NCBI GenBank assembly: GCA_963850115.1
Contig: CAWKKG010000033.1
Span: 139,204-203,203 of the forward strand
Length of the DNA stretch: 64,000 nucleotides
Reading direction: 5' to 3'
Source of the DNA: an uncultured Actinomycetota bacterium
GTDB taxonomy: Bacteria > Actinomycetota > Actinomycetes > Streptosporangiales > Streptosporangiaceae
Part shown: positions 54,552 to 64,000 of the stretch, in pieces
How the letters are laid out: every line of letters begins with the position of its first letter
Numbering within the stretch: position 1 is the first letter of the stretch
Made by a program: the position numbers and the translations under genes
The notes under the pieces: generated by a model
The model's input: the letters and a program-made list of their open reading frames with translations, nothing else
What the model was told of the DNA's origin: nothing
The model's database searches: none

Positions 54552-54993
54552 CTAACACTGTGAGGGTCTCTTCGATGCCGAGGCGGGCTAGCTCGTCGGC
54601 GCGCTCGTTGCCCGGGTCGCCGTTGTGGCCCTTGACCCAGTGCCAGCTGACCTCGTGCGCCGCCATCGCCGCGACCAGGCGCTGCCACAGGTCGACGTTC
54701 TTCACCGGCTGCTTCGACGCGGTCTTCCAGCCGTTGCGCTGCCAGCCGGGCAGCCATTTCGTGATCCCGTCGAGCACGTACTTGCTGTCGGTGTAGAGCT
54801 GCACCGGCACGGGCCTGGTCAGCGCCTCGAGGGCGGAAATGGCGGCGAGCAGCTCCATCCGGTTGTTGGTCGTCGCGCGCTCGCCGCCGTGCAGTTCCCT
54901 GACCACGTCGCCGTAGCTGAGCACGGCCCCCCAGCCGCCGGGTCCAGGGTTGCCGCTGCACGCCCCGTCGGTATAGATCACGGCCTCGCTCAT
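54552..54993 (-). CDS. rnhA: Ribonuclease HI (3' end uncertain)
   Basis: [42 protein letters not shown]. Confidence 0.95.
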
Positions 54994-55044
54994 GCCGCAA
55001 AGGCTATCGCCGCCGCGGGGCGCTGACCGCTACCATCCCGGTTT

Positions 55045-56732
55045 ATGACCATTGCGGGGCCTCAGGGCGCGGAGCTTGTCCTCGTCAACGGGAAGATCCG
55101 GACACCCGCTCACCCGTCCGGCTTCACGCAGGCGGCCGCGGTCAGCGGCGGCGTCATCCAGGCACTGCGCGGCGATGACCAGATCCGCGACTTCATCGGT
55201 CCCTCCACCCGGGTGATCGACCTGCGCGGGCGGCTGGCGATCCCCGCGTTCGGCGACGCGCACGTCCACCCGGTCCAGGGCGGGCTCGAGATCGCTGCGC
55301 TGCAACCTGGCCGGCCTGAAGGACAGGCAGGCGTACCTGGCCGCGATCGCCGCCTACAGCGAGGCCCTGCCGCCCAGCGCCTGGGTCCTCGGCGGCGGCT
55401 GGTCGATGCCCGCCTTCCCCGGCGGCACGCCCACCGCGGCCGACCTGGACGCGGTCACCGGCGGGCGGCCCGCGTTCCTGCCCAACCGGGACCACCACAC
55501 CGCCTGGGTGAACAGCGCGGCGCTGGCCATCGCCGACATCACCAGCAGCACCCAAGACCCCGCCGACGGCCGGATCGAGCGCGACGGCGCGGGAAACCCG
55601 ACGGGCGCGCTGCACGACGGCGCGATGCGGATCGTCGCCGACTACGTGCCGCCGCCGAGCCAGGCCGAGCTCACCACCGCGCTGCTCACCGCGCAGCGGC
55701 ACCTGCACTCGCTCGGCATCACCAGCATCCAGGACGCCTGCGTCGGTGACGCGGGCGAGATCAGCATCCCTGACACGTTCGCGACCTACCGCCTGGCCGC
55801 CGCCGACCGGCTGCTGACCTGCCGGGTCACCGGCGCGCTGTGGTGGGACCGGTTCCGTGGCCTGCACCAGCTCGACACCCTGCAGGCCCGCCGGGAGGAG
55901 GCGGACGGCGGCGGCTACTTCCGCGCCACCTCGGTGAAGCTGATGCTCGACGGGGTGTGCGAGACCTTCACCGCCGCCATGGGCGCGCCCTACCTGGACG
56001 GGCACGGCCACGCCACCGACCACGCGGGCTCGCTGTTCATCGAGCCCGACGAGCTGACGGAGGCGGTCGGCAGGCTCGCCGACCTCGGCTTCCAGCTGCA
56101 CTTCCACGCGATCGGCGACCGGGCCGTCGCCGCGGCGCTCGACGCGCTCGCGGCGCTGCCGGAAGCGCAGCGGATCAGCGGCCGGCATCACATCGCCCAC
56201 CTGCAGTTCATCAGCCCCGCCGACCTGGAGCGGTTCGCGCGGCTCCGCGTCACCGGCAACTTCCAGCCGCTGTGGGCCTGCAAGGACGAGCAGAACGACC
56301 GGCTCACGCTCCCGTTCGTCGGGCTTGAGCGGGCCAACTGGCAGTACCGGATCGCGTCGCTGCTCCGGATGGGGACCCGCATCGCCTTCGGCAGCGACTG
56401 GCCGGTATCGAGCGCGGACCCGCTCCAGGAACTGCACGTGGCGGTCAACCGGGTGCTCTCCTCCCGGCTCGGCCGAGCCGGGCACGGAGGAGACGACCGT
56501 GCCGCTGCTGCCGGCCGAGGCGATCGGGGTGGACGCCGCGGTCGACGCGTTCACCAGGGGCGTGGCCTACGTGAACCACGAGGAGGACGTGGCGGGCACG
56601 CTCGAGCCGGGCAAGGTCGCCGACTTCGCGGTCCTCGACCAGGACCTGTACGCCATCCCGCCGCGGGCGATCGGCGACACCTCGGTCGCGCTGACGATCG
56701 CCGGCGGGCAGGTCGTGCACGGGGACGAGTAA
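55045..56732 (+). CDS. Amidohydrolase 3 family (YtcJ-like; frameshifted)
   Basis: PAFGDAHVH, KLMLDG, HAIGDRA, FGSDWPV, GTLEPGKVADF. Confidence 0.9.
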
Positions 56733-56740
56733 CCGGCCGG

Positions 56741-56894
56741 AGCGCGAGCCGAAGCGCGCGCCCTGTCCGGACTGAGGAGCGGTGAAGTGAGGACGAGCTT
56801 CACCGCGACGAGCGAAGCGGGGCCGATGACGCGCGAGGCGAACCGGGCGCGCAACGCGCGGGTGAACACCCCGCCCCCGCCCGTGACCCGGTTC
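56741..56894. repeat. Multi-hairpin intergenic element
   Basis: GCGGTGAAG/CTTCACCGC stem (56779-56806) flanked by GAGGA and GACGA; GAACCGGG..CCCGGTTC stem (56840-56894). Confidence 0.5.
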
Positions 56895-56917
56895 CTCTTA
56901 TGTGTTGTATTAAGAGC

Positions 56918-57851
56918 GTGTTCAACGCGCTGCCATCGCCAGGGTCAAAGGACCCCGCGGACCTCGCCATCCTCGCCGGCCTCCGGGTAGTGGACAACGA
57001 CGACGACGATCCGGTGCTGCTGTGGCCGGACGGGACCGCGGTCGACACGTGGCGGGAGGACTACCCGTACGACGAGCGGATGACCCGCGACTACTACGAC
57101 CACCACAAGCGGCTGCTCCAGATCGAGCTGGTCAAGCTGCAGAACTGGGTGAAGAACACCGGGCAGCGGATCGTCATCGTCTTCGAGGGCCGGGACGCGG
57201 CGGGCAAGGGCGGCACGATCAAGCGGTTCACCGAGCACCTGAACCCGCGCGGCGCCAGCATCGTGGCGCTGGAGAAGCCCACCGAGCGCGAGCGGACCCA
57301 GTGGTACTTCCAGCGGTACGTGACGCACCTGCCGTCGGCCGGGGAGATCGTGATGTTCGACCGCTCCTGGTACAACCGGGCCGGGGTCGAGCGCGTGATG
57401 GGCTTCTGCACGCCGGAGGAGTACCTGGAGTTCATGCGGGAGGCGCCGGAGTTCGAGCGGATGCTGGTGCACTCCGGGCTGCACCTGACGAAGTTCTGGT
57501 TCTCCGTGACCCGGTCCGAGCAGCGGACCCGGTTCGTCATCCGGCAGGTCGACCCGGTGCGGCAGTGGAAGCTGTCACCCGATGGACATCCAGTCACTGG
57601 ACAAATGGGACGATTACACCGAGGCTAAGGAAGCGATGTTCTTCTATACCGACACGGCGGACGCGCCGTGGACGGTGGTGAAGTCCAACGACAAGAAGCG
57701 CGCCCGGCTCGAGGCGATCAGGCACGTCCTTGAGCAGTTCGACTACGACGGCAAGGACGAGGAGGTCGTCGGCAAGCCGGACAGGAAGATCATCGGGCCG
57801 CCGGCGCTGCTGTCGGAGAAGACGACGGTCCAGTCGTTCACCAGATTGTGA
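56918..57851 (+). CDS. ppk2: Polyphosphate kinase 2 (frameshift near 57580)
   Basis: FEGRDAAGKGGTIKR, WYFQRY, FDRSWYNRAGVE, SNDKKRAR. Confidence 0.95.
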
Positions 57852-57864
57852 GGCTGCTTTAGAC

Positions 57865-58517
57865 GTGACCGAAACGGAGACCAAGACCGAGGTCATCGAG
57901 ATCACTTCCGAGGCCGAGCTTGCGCGAGGCACTCGGCGGGTACCCCTCCGGGCGCGCGGTGACCAAGGAGCGGACGTCGCTGCACCCGCTGCAGATCGAG
58001 TGGCTGCAAGCGTCGCCGTTCTGCGTGCTCGCGACGTCGGACGCGGACGGGAACTGCGACGCCTCGCCCAAGGGCGACCCGGCGGGGCACCTCATCCACG
58101 TGCTCGACCCGCGCACCATCGTCATCGCCGAGCGGCCGGGCAACAAGCGGGCCGACGGGTACCTGAACGTGCTGTCCAACCCGCACGTCGGCCTGCTCGC
58201 GCTGATCCCTGGGCGGAACGACACGCTGCGGATCAACGGCCGCGCCCGGCTCGTGCGGGACGCCCCGTGGTTCGACGACCTGGCGGTGAAGGGCAAGCGG
58301 CCGATCCTCGCGCTGGTGATCGAGATCGAGCAGGTCTTCTCGCACTGCCCGAAGGCGTTCCTGCGGTCGAAGCTGTGGGAGCCTGACCAGTGGCCGTCGA
58401 CCGACGAGATGCCGTCGGTCGCCGCGCTGTGCAAGGCGGTGCAGGACACGCCGGAGACGCTTGAGGAGCTAGAGGCGTACTACGCCCTGCCCGAACTACA
58501 CCCGCCTGCTGTACTGA
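57865..58517 (+). CDS. Pyridoxamine 5'-phosphate oxidase-like FMN-binding protein (frameshifted)
   Basis: DASPKGD, ERPGNKRAD, LRINGRA, HCPKAFLRSKLW. Confidence 0.85.
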
Positions 58518-58519
58518 TC

Positions 58520-59115
58520 TCACCGGTACTTGGCCCACAGCTCGGGGATCGTGACGCCCGAGGTCGAGGAAGAGGCGGCGGAGCAGCGGGACCGAGATGC
58601 CGATCACGTTGTTGTGGTCGCCGTCGATCGAGTCGACGAACCAGCCGCCGAGGCCCTCGATGGTGAAGGCGCCGGCCATGTTCAGCGGCTCGCCCGTACG
58701 CGACGTAGGCCGAGATTTCGGCATCCGTCGGGCTGCCGAAGCGGACGTCGTCGCGGCCACCGCCGCCTCGCACTTCCCGCTGGCCACGTCGATCACGCAG
58801 TGCCCGGTGAACAGCGTGCCGGTCTTGCCGGACATCTCATGCCAGCGCGCCTCGGCCTCGGCCGGGCGACGCGGGCTTGCCGTACGCCCGCCCGTCCAGG
58901 TCGAGCATCGAGTCGCAGCCGATCACGAGGCCGTCATTCAGCCTGGAAGCGACGGCCGACGCCTTCGCCGACGCGAGGACCTGCGTCAGGTCGCCGGTAC
59001 TGGGCGCGGAGTAGGCGTCCTCGTCGACGCCGCTGACGATGACCTCGGGATCGATGCCGGCCGCGCGCAGCACGGCGAGCCTGGCGGGGGACGCTGAAGC
59101 GAGAACGACACGCAC
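58520..59115 (-). CDS. maf: Maf family nucleotide pyrophosphatase (frameshifted)
   Basis: [32 protein letters not shown]. Confidence 0.9.
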
Positions 59116-59172
59116 GCCGCCCAACCTTACGCGAAACGGATTCAGGAAGTCGCCGGGCGTACGATCGGAGCC

Positions 59173-60080
59173 ATGCGTTTCGGCCTCGTTGGTACCGGTT
59201 ACTGGGCGAAGATCACGCACGCGCCCGCCCTCGCCAGCACCCCCGGCGCGGAGCTGGTCGCGGTCTGGGGCCGCGACCAGGCCGCCGCCGCGGCGCTCGC
59301 GGCCGAGTACGGCGCGACCGCCCACGCCGACTTCGGCGCGTTCCTCGACAGCGTGGACGCGGTCGCGTTCGCGGTGCCGCCGCACGTTCAGGCGCCGCTC
59401 GCCGTCCAGGCGGCCGCGCAGGCGGGCAAGCACCTGCTGCTCGAGAAGCCGGTCGCGCTGTCGGCCGACGAGGCGGACAAGCTGGTCGCCGCCGTCGAGG
59501 AGGCCCAGGTCGCGTCGGTCGTCTTCTTCACCTGGCGGTTCAACACCGAGATCCGCGCCTGGCTCACCGACGAGCAGGCGCGCGGCGGCTGGTCGGGCGA
59601 GGGCTGGTCGGGCGGCGCCGCGCTCTGGCTCGGCACCTCCCTGGACGCCGGACAACCCGTTCAACACGCCGTGGCGGCGGGAGAAGGGCGCCCTCTGGGA
59701 CCTTGGCCCGCACCTCGTCGGCATGCTGTGGGCCTGCCTCGGCCCGGTCACCGAGGTGACCGCCGTCGCGGGCAAGGCGGACGTGGTCGCACCTGGTGCT
59801 GCGGCACGACGACCGGCGTGACGTCCACCGTGACCACGACGCAGAGCGCGCCGGAGGCCGCCGCGGGCGTCACGGTCTTCGTCTGGGGCGAGGCCGGGCG
59901 TTCCCTCATGCCCGCCGAGCTCGTCGACTCGGTCGCGGCGCTGCGCACCGCCGCCGCCGAGCTGATCGCGGGGGCGGCGGCGGGCCCGGGTCACGCACCC
60001 GTGCGACGTCCGCTTCGGCCGGGACATCACGCGGGTGCTGGCCGAGGCGGAAGCGCAGCTTTCCCGTCAGCGCCGGTTAG
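59173..60080 (+). CDS. Gfo/Idh/MocA family oxidoreductase (frameshifted)
   Basis: [28 protein letters not shown]. Confidence 0.88.
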
Positions 60081-60196
60081 GAGACAAGGGTGATCCCGAA
60101 CGAACTTCGGCTTCAGCTCGCCAAACGATCGACCCGACTGTGGTCGACATTCGCGCTTACTCAGTCGCCTCCAGTGCCCTTTACCGAACTCGACGG

Positions 60197-60263
60197 CGAA
60201 CCCTGCACTTTTGATGGTGCCCCAGTGACACTTCGGGGTAGGGATCAAAAAGAGCAGAGTTCG
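60197..60263. repeat. Imperfect intergenic hairpin
   Basis: CGAACCCTGCACTTTTGAT..CCCC..GGGG..ATCAAAAAGAGCAGAGTTCG. Confidence 0.55.
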
Positions 60264-60329
60264 AAGTTCCGGTAACTCCCAGGCGGCCTACTGTACCTAC
60301 GCGCGCGTGTACGCCTAGGCTTGACTGAT

Positions 60330-61077
60330 ATGAGTAGCTCGCCCGCCGTCCCAGAACCACGAGACCTGCGCGCCTCCGACGCCGACCGCGAACGCGTCGC
60401 CAACGTGCTGCGCGAGGCCGCGGGCGACGGGCGGCTGACCATGGACGAGCTCGACGAGCGCCTCGACGCGGTGTACGCGGCGAAGACCTACGCCGAGCTT
60501 GAGCCGATCACCCACGACCTGCCGGACTCCGGCGCCGCGCACGCGCCTGCTCCTTCGTCGGCCGCGGCGCGCGACCCGGCCAGGTTCGGCGGCGAGCCAA
60601 CCTCATCGGGCGCGGTCGCCATCCTTGGCGGCTTCACCCGCAAGGGCGACTGGGTGGTGCCCAAGGAATTCACCGCTTTCCTGCTCATGGGCGGCGGCGA
60701 GATCGACCTGCGCGACGCCAGGTTCACCGAGCGTGAGGTCACCATCCACATCGTGGCGATCCTGGGCGGCTGCGAGGTCATCGTGCCCGAGGACGCCACG
60801 GTCTACGTCACCGGCATCGGCATCCTTGGCGCCTTCGAGCACTCGGACGCCGGCGCGGGAAGCCCCGACGGCCCGGTGATCACCATCAACGGGGTGGCCC
60901 TCTTGGGCGGCGTCGACGTCAAGCGCCAAGCCAACCTTGGAAACCTCCCGCGAGGCGAGGCAGCAGCGACTCGAGGCCAGGCGCGAGCGGCTTGAGGCCA
61001 GGCAGCACTACCACCAGGACCGGCATGAGTACCACCAGGACCGGCGCGACCGCCGGCGAACCGGCGAACTGGACTAA
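60330..61077 (+). CDS. DUF1707 (SHOCT-like) + LiaF/DUF2154-like domain protein (frameshift near 60925)
   Basis: LRASDADRERV..GRL..ELDERL; GGGEIDLRDA; the shifted frame gives a charged tail ending TAA at 61077. Confidence 0.85.
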
Positions 61078-61228
61078 CGCGCCAGCCAGTGCTCAGCTGG
61101 AGACCGACTTCACGCCATGACTGATCGCACCGACGGTGCCGGGAGCCTTGCCACCGCCCAGAGTCATGGTGCGCTGGGACAGTAGGCCGAAGTCGTTCGG
61201 GATGATCGATCTTGGTCTTTTTTGCTTC

Positions 61229-62256
61229 TTAGCGCCAGCCGAGGGCCGGGGCCACGTGGGTCAGGATGGACTCGATCGCGTGCGCGTTGTACTCGACGCC
61301 CGAGCTGGTTGGGGACCGTGAGCAGCAGGGTGTCGGCGGCGGCGATGGCCTCGTCCTCCTTGAGCTGCTCGATGAGCTTGTCCGGCTCGGCGGCGTAGGT
61401 CCGGCCGAAGATCGCCTGGGTCTCCGCGTCGATGAAGCCGACCTGGTCCTCGTCCTGGTTGCGGGCGCCGAAGTACGCCCAGTCGCGCTCGTCGGTCAGC
61501 GCGAAGATCGAGCGGCTGACCGAGACCCGGGGCTCGCGCTCGTGGCCCGCTTCCTTCCACGCGTCGCGGTAGGCCTGGATCTGCTTGGCCTGCTGGACGT
61601 GGAAGGGGTCGGTCGGACTCGTTGTTCTTCAGGGTCGAGCTCTGCAGGTTCATGCCGAGCTTGGCCGCCCACACGGCGGTGGCCTGTCCGAGCCCGCGCC
61701 CCACCAGATGCGGTCGCGCAGGCCCGGGCGAGTGCGGCTCGACGCGGAGCAGGCCGGGCGGGTTGTGGAACATCGGCCGCGGGTTCGGCTGCGCGAACCC
61801 GTCGCCCTTCAGCACCTCAAGGAACACCTCGGCGTGGTCCCGCGCCATGTCGGCGTCGGTCTTGTCGTCGCCCGGCCGGTAGCCGAAGTAACGCCAGCCG
61901 TCGATCACCTGCTCGGGTGAGCCGCGGCTGATGCCGAGCTGCAGCCGGCCGCCGGCGATGAGGTCGGCGGCGCCCGCGTCCTCGGCCATGTACAGCGGGT
62001 TCTCGTAGCGCATGTCGATCACCGCCGTGCCGAGCTCAATGCGCTGCGTCCGCGCGCCGGCGGCGGCGAGCAGCGGGAACGGCGAGCCGAGCTGCTGCGC
62101 GAAGTGATGGACGCGGAAGTAGGCGCCGTCCGCGCCGATCTCCTCCGCGGCGACCGCCAGCTCGATCGACTGCAGCAGCGAGTCCGACGCGGAGCGCACC
62201 TGCGAGCCGGGCGCGTCCGACCAGTGCCCGAAGGAAAGAAACCCGATGTTCTTCAC
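61229..62256 (-). CDS. Luciferase-like monooxygenase (LLM class; frameshifted)
   Basis: IGFLSFGHW, YFRVHHF, GTAVIDMRYENP, GISRGSPE, VAPALGWR*. Confidence 0.9.
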
Positions 62257-62472
62257 GGGTAGTTGAACAATCAACCATGGGTCGGCATTCCGGCCCGGTT
62301 CGCTACGCTGATTGCTTCGGGAAAGTCACCATCGATCCGATCAACCGCCCCGGTTCTGGTATCTACTTGACGTGACTGGCTGAAGTAAGGAGGCCGCGAT
62401 GGCGCGGCATGTGCATTGCGAACGGCGGCTTGTCGGGAGCCTGCGGGCAGATTCGGTCCTGGCGGCCGGGTG

Positions 62473-63168
62473 ATGGGCGCGGGCGCGGGCACCGAGGACC
62501 TCCAGACGTCGCCGCCGATTCAGTTTCCGCTCTACGGACTGGACGCCGACCGGCCCGGCGTCCGCTGGCTGGACGGGTACGGCGACGCCCTGGGCGATGA
62601 CGTCCGCTGGATCGGGCTGGCTCAGGGAGACCCGGGAGCCGACGAGCTGATCATGGTAGAGACGTTCTCCCGCTCGCTGACCAACTCCCTGCACGTGCGC
62701 GGCGGTGAGCCCCCGCTCAAGTCCGTCTCGTTCGCCGCGGCGGTCACGCTGGTCAACCTGACGCTGCCCGACCCGTCCGTCGATCGGCCGGAAGGCCTGA
62801 TCAAGGCCGTCGTGGACCACGCCGACACCCGCAGCAGGCAGCACGCCGACTGGACGCCGGTCACCTGGCTGGTCGATGGCGCACCGGTCACCGCGCGGGC
62901 GTGGGAGTTCGCCGGCGGCTGGGCCGCGTTTAGCGATGCCTTGCCCGATGTCTACCTGGCCATATCGGGTTCGACCGGCAGTCCAGACGGCATCGCGATC
63001 GACCTGCTGAAGGACTCGCGCGCCTATCACTTCGACCTCGACCAGCCGCTGCACCCGCGGGTAATCGAGACATCCGCCGCCGCTGCCCTGGCCGACTGCG
63101 GGCGGCCCTGGCCGGGCCGCGGTGACCTGCACCCGGACCAGCTGCGGCTCCTGCCCAGTCAAACCTGA
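62473..63168 (+). CDS. Hypothetical protein
   Basis: 231-aa ORF with FPLYGL and WLVDG..W..GGW, coding-like GC3. Confidence 0.65.
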   Translation: MGAGAGTEDLQTSPPIQFPLYGLDADRPGVRWLDGYGDALGDDVRWIGLAQGDPGADELIMVETFSRSLTNSLHVRGGEPPLKSVSFAAAVTLVNLTLPDPSVDRPEGLIKAVVDHADTRSRQHADWTPVTWLVDGAPVTARAWEFAGGWAAFSDALPDVYLAISGSTGSPDGIAIDLLKDSRAYHFDLDQPLHPRVIETSAAAALADCGRPWPGRGDLHPDQLRLLPSQT

Positions 63169-63232
63169 CCGGGCAGACGTAACGCGAGAAAACGTTGTGA
63201 CTCGGGCTTGGCTGGCTTGTTAGCTTGCCCGG

Positions 63233-63991
63233 GTGGATGATGACGCGTTTGCCGTTTACGTCGCGGACCGACTGGCCGAACTGCCCGCCGTGCGGGCCGT
63301 CACGCTCGGCGGCTCACGGGCCGAGGGGACGCACCGGCCGGACAGCGACTGGGACTTCTCCCTCTACTACCGGGGACTCTTTGACCCGCGGCACCTGCGG
63401 GACATCGGCTGGCCGGGTGAGGTGTCGGAGGTTGGCGGCTGGAGCCCGGGCGTGTTCAACGGCGGCGCCTGGCTGGAAGTCGACAACCGCAAGACCGACG
63501 TCCACTACCGCGACCTCGACGTCATCGACCGGGAGATGGCCGCGGCGCAGGATGGCCGGTTCTCCATCGAGCCGCTGCTGTTCCACCTCGCGGGCATTCC
63601 GTCCTACCTGGTGCTAGCGGAGCTGTCGGTGAAACGGGTACTGCGCGGGCAACTGCCGACGCCCGAATACCCGCCCGCGCTCCGCCGTCGGGGCCGGGAG
63701 GTCTGGTGGGGGCGCGCGGACCTGACGTTCGGCTACGCGCGGCAGTACCCCGCACGGCACGGACGGCTGACCCAGTGCGCCGGTCTCGTTGCCCAGGCGG
63801 CATCGCAGGCCGCGCACGCGGTGCTCGCCGCGCGGGGCGAGTGGGTCACCAACGAGAAGACCCTGCTCACCCGCGCGGGCCTGGACCAGGTCGATGAGCT
63901 CATCGCCGGTGCCGTAACGGATCCGGCGGCGTTGCTCGACCTCGTGGACAGGACCCGCGCCGCTTGCCTGGAGGCGCTCCCGGGCTGCTAG
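63233..63991 (+). CDS. Pol-beta-like nucleotidyltransferase domain protein
   Basis: LGGSRAEG..DSDWD, NGGAWL, DVHYRD, WVTNEK. Confidence 0.85.
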   Translation: MDDDAFAVYVADRLAELPAVRAVTLGGSRAEGTHRPDSDWDFSLYYRGLFDPRHLRDIGWPGEVSEVGGWSPGVFNGGAWLEVDNRKTDVHYRDLDVIDREMAAAQDGRFSIEPLLFHLAGIPSYLVLAELSVKRVLRGQLPTPEYPPALRRRGREVWWGRADLTFGYARQYPARHGRLTQCAGLVAQAASQAAHAVLAARGEWVTNEKTLLTRAGLDQVDELIAGAVTDPAALLDLVDRTRAACLEALPGC

Positions 63992-64000
63992 TTCTTTGGG

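Noticed and set aside
56772-56811. Hammerhead ribozyme (CTGAGGA followed by a stem)
   Set aside because: The stem is followed by GACG rather than the required GAAA, and no stem III/NUH arrangement was found
61009-61046. Intergenic direct repeat TACCACCAGGACCGGC x2
   Set aside because: It encodes YHQDR twice within the frameshift-corrected C-terminus of the DUF1707 gene

Overview
High-GC actinobacterial chromosome segment, most like a Streptosporangiales-type soil actinomycete (inferred from gene order and protein families). It opens with the conserved aspC-add-murB-MaoC pair-rpmG-tRNA-Met block. The usual neighbour tRNA-Thr(GGT) lies about 14.4 kb away, beyond an accessory block (ABC exporter with two-component system, CoA transferase, GlxA regulator, GH27 galactosidase, SDR, USP, MarR/MFS). 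Further on are secreted and cell-wall proteins, two more ABC systems, an mscR/sulfotransferase-like/class IV aminotransferase cluster and a lipid-related cluster (HpnB-like, DAGK, HAD). These are followed by a divergent OsmC-like+flavoprotein / metX-metY-CoA-binding sulfur cluster, an L,D-transpeptidase, NfeD-flotillin, LysR/GATase, a LysM-transglycosylase, rnhA, ppk2, maf and others. Roughly 30 genes are broken by single-base frameshifts, which looks like uncorrected long-read error, so many gene boundaries are approximate. No CRISPR, integrase, transposase or phage genes were seen. The best leads are long structured leaders upstream of two putative cell-wall hydrolases (one a compact GH25-like muramidase with a CRP-like box), the OsmC/flavoprotein-metXY cluster with an apparent ATC start codon, non-oriC DnaA-box clusters, and several palindromic intergenic repeats.
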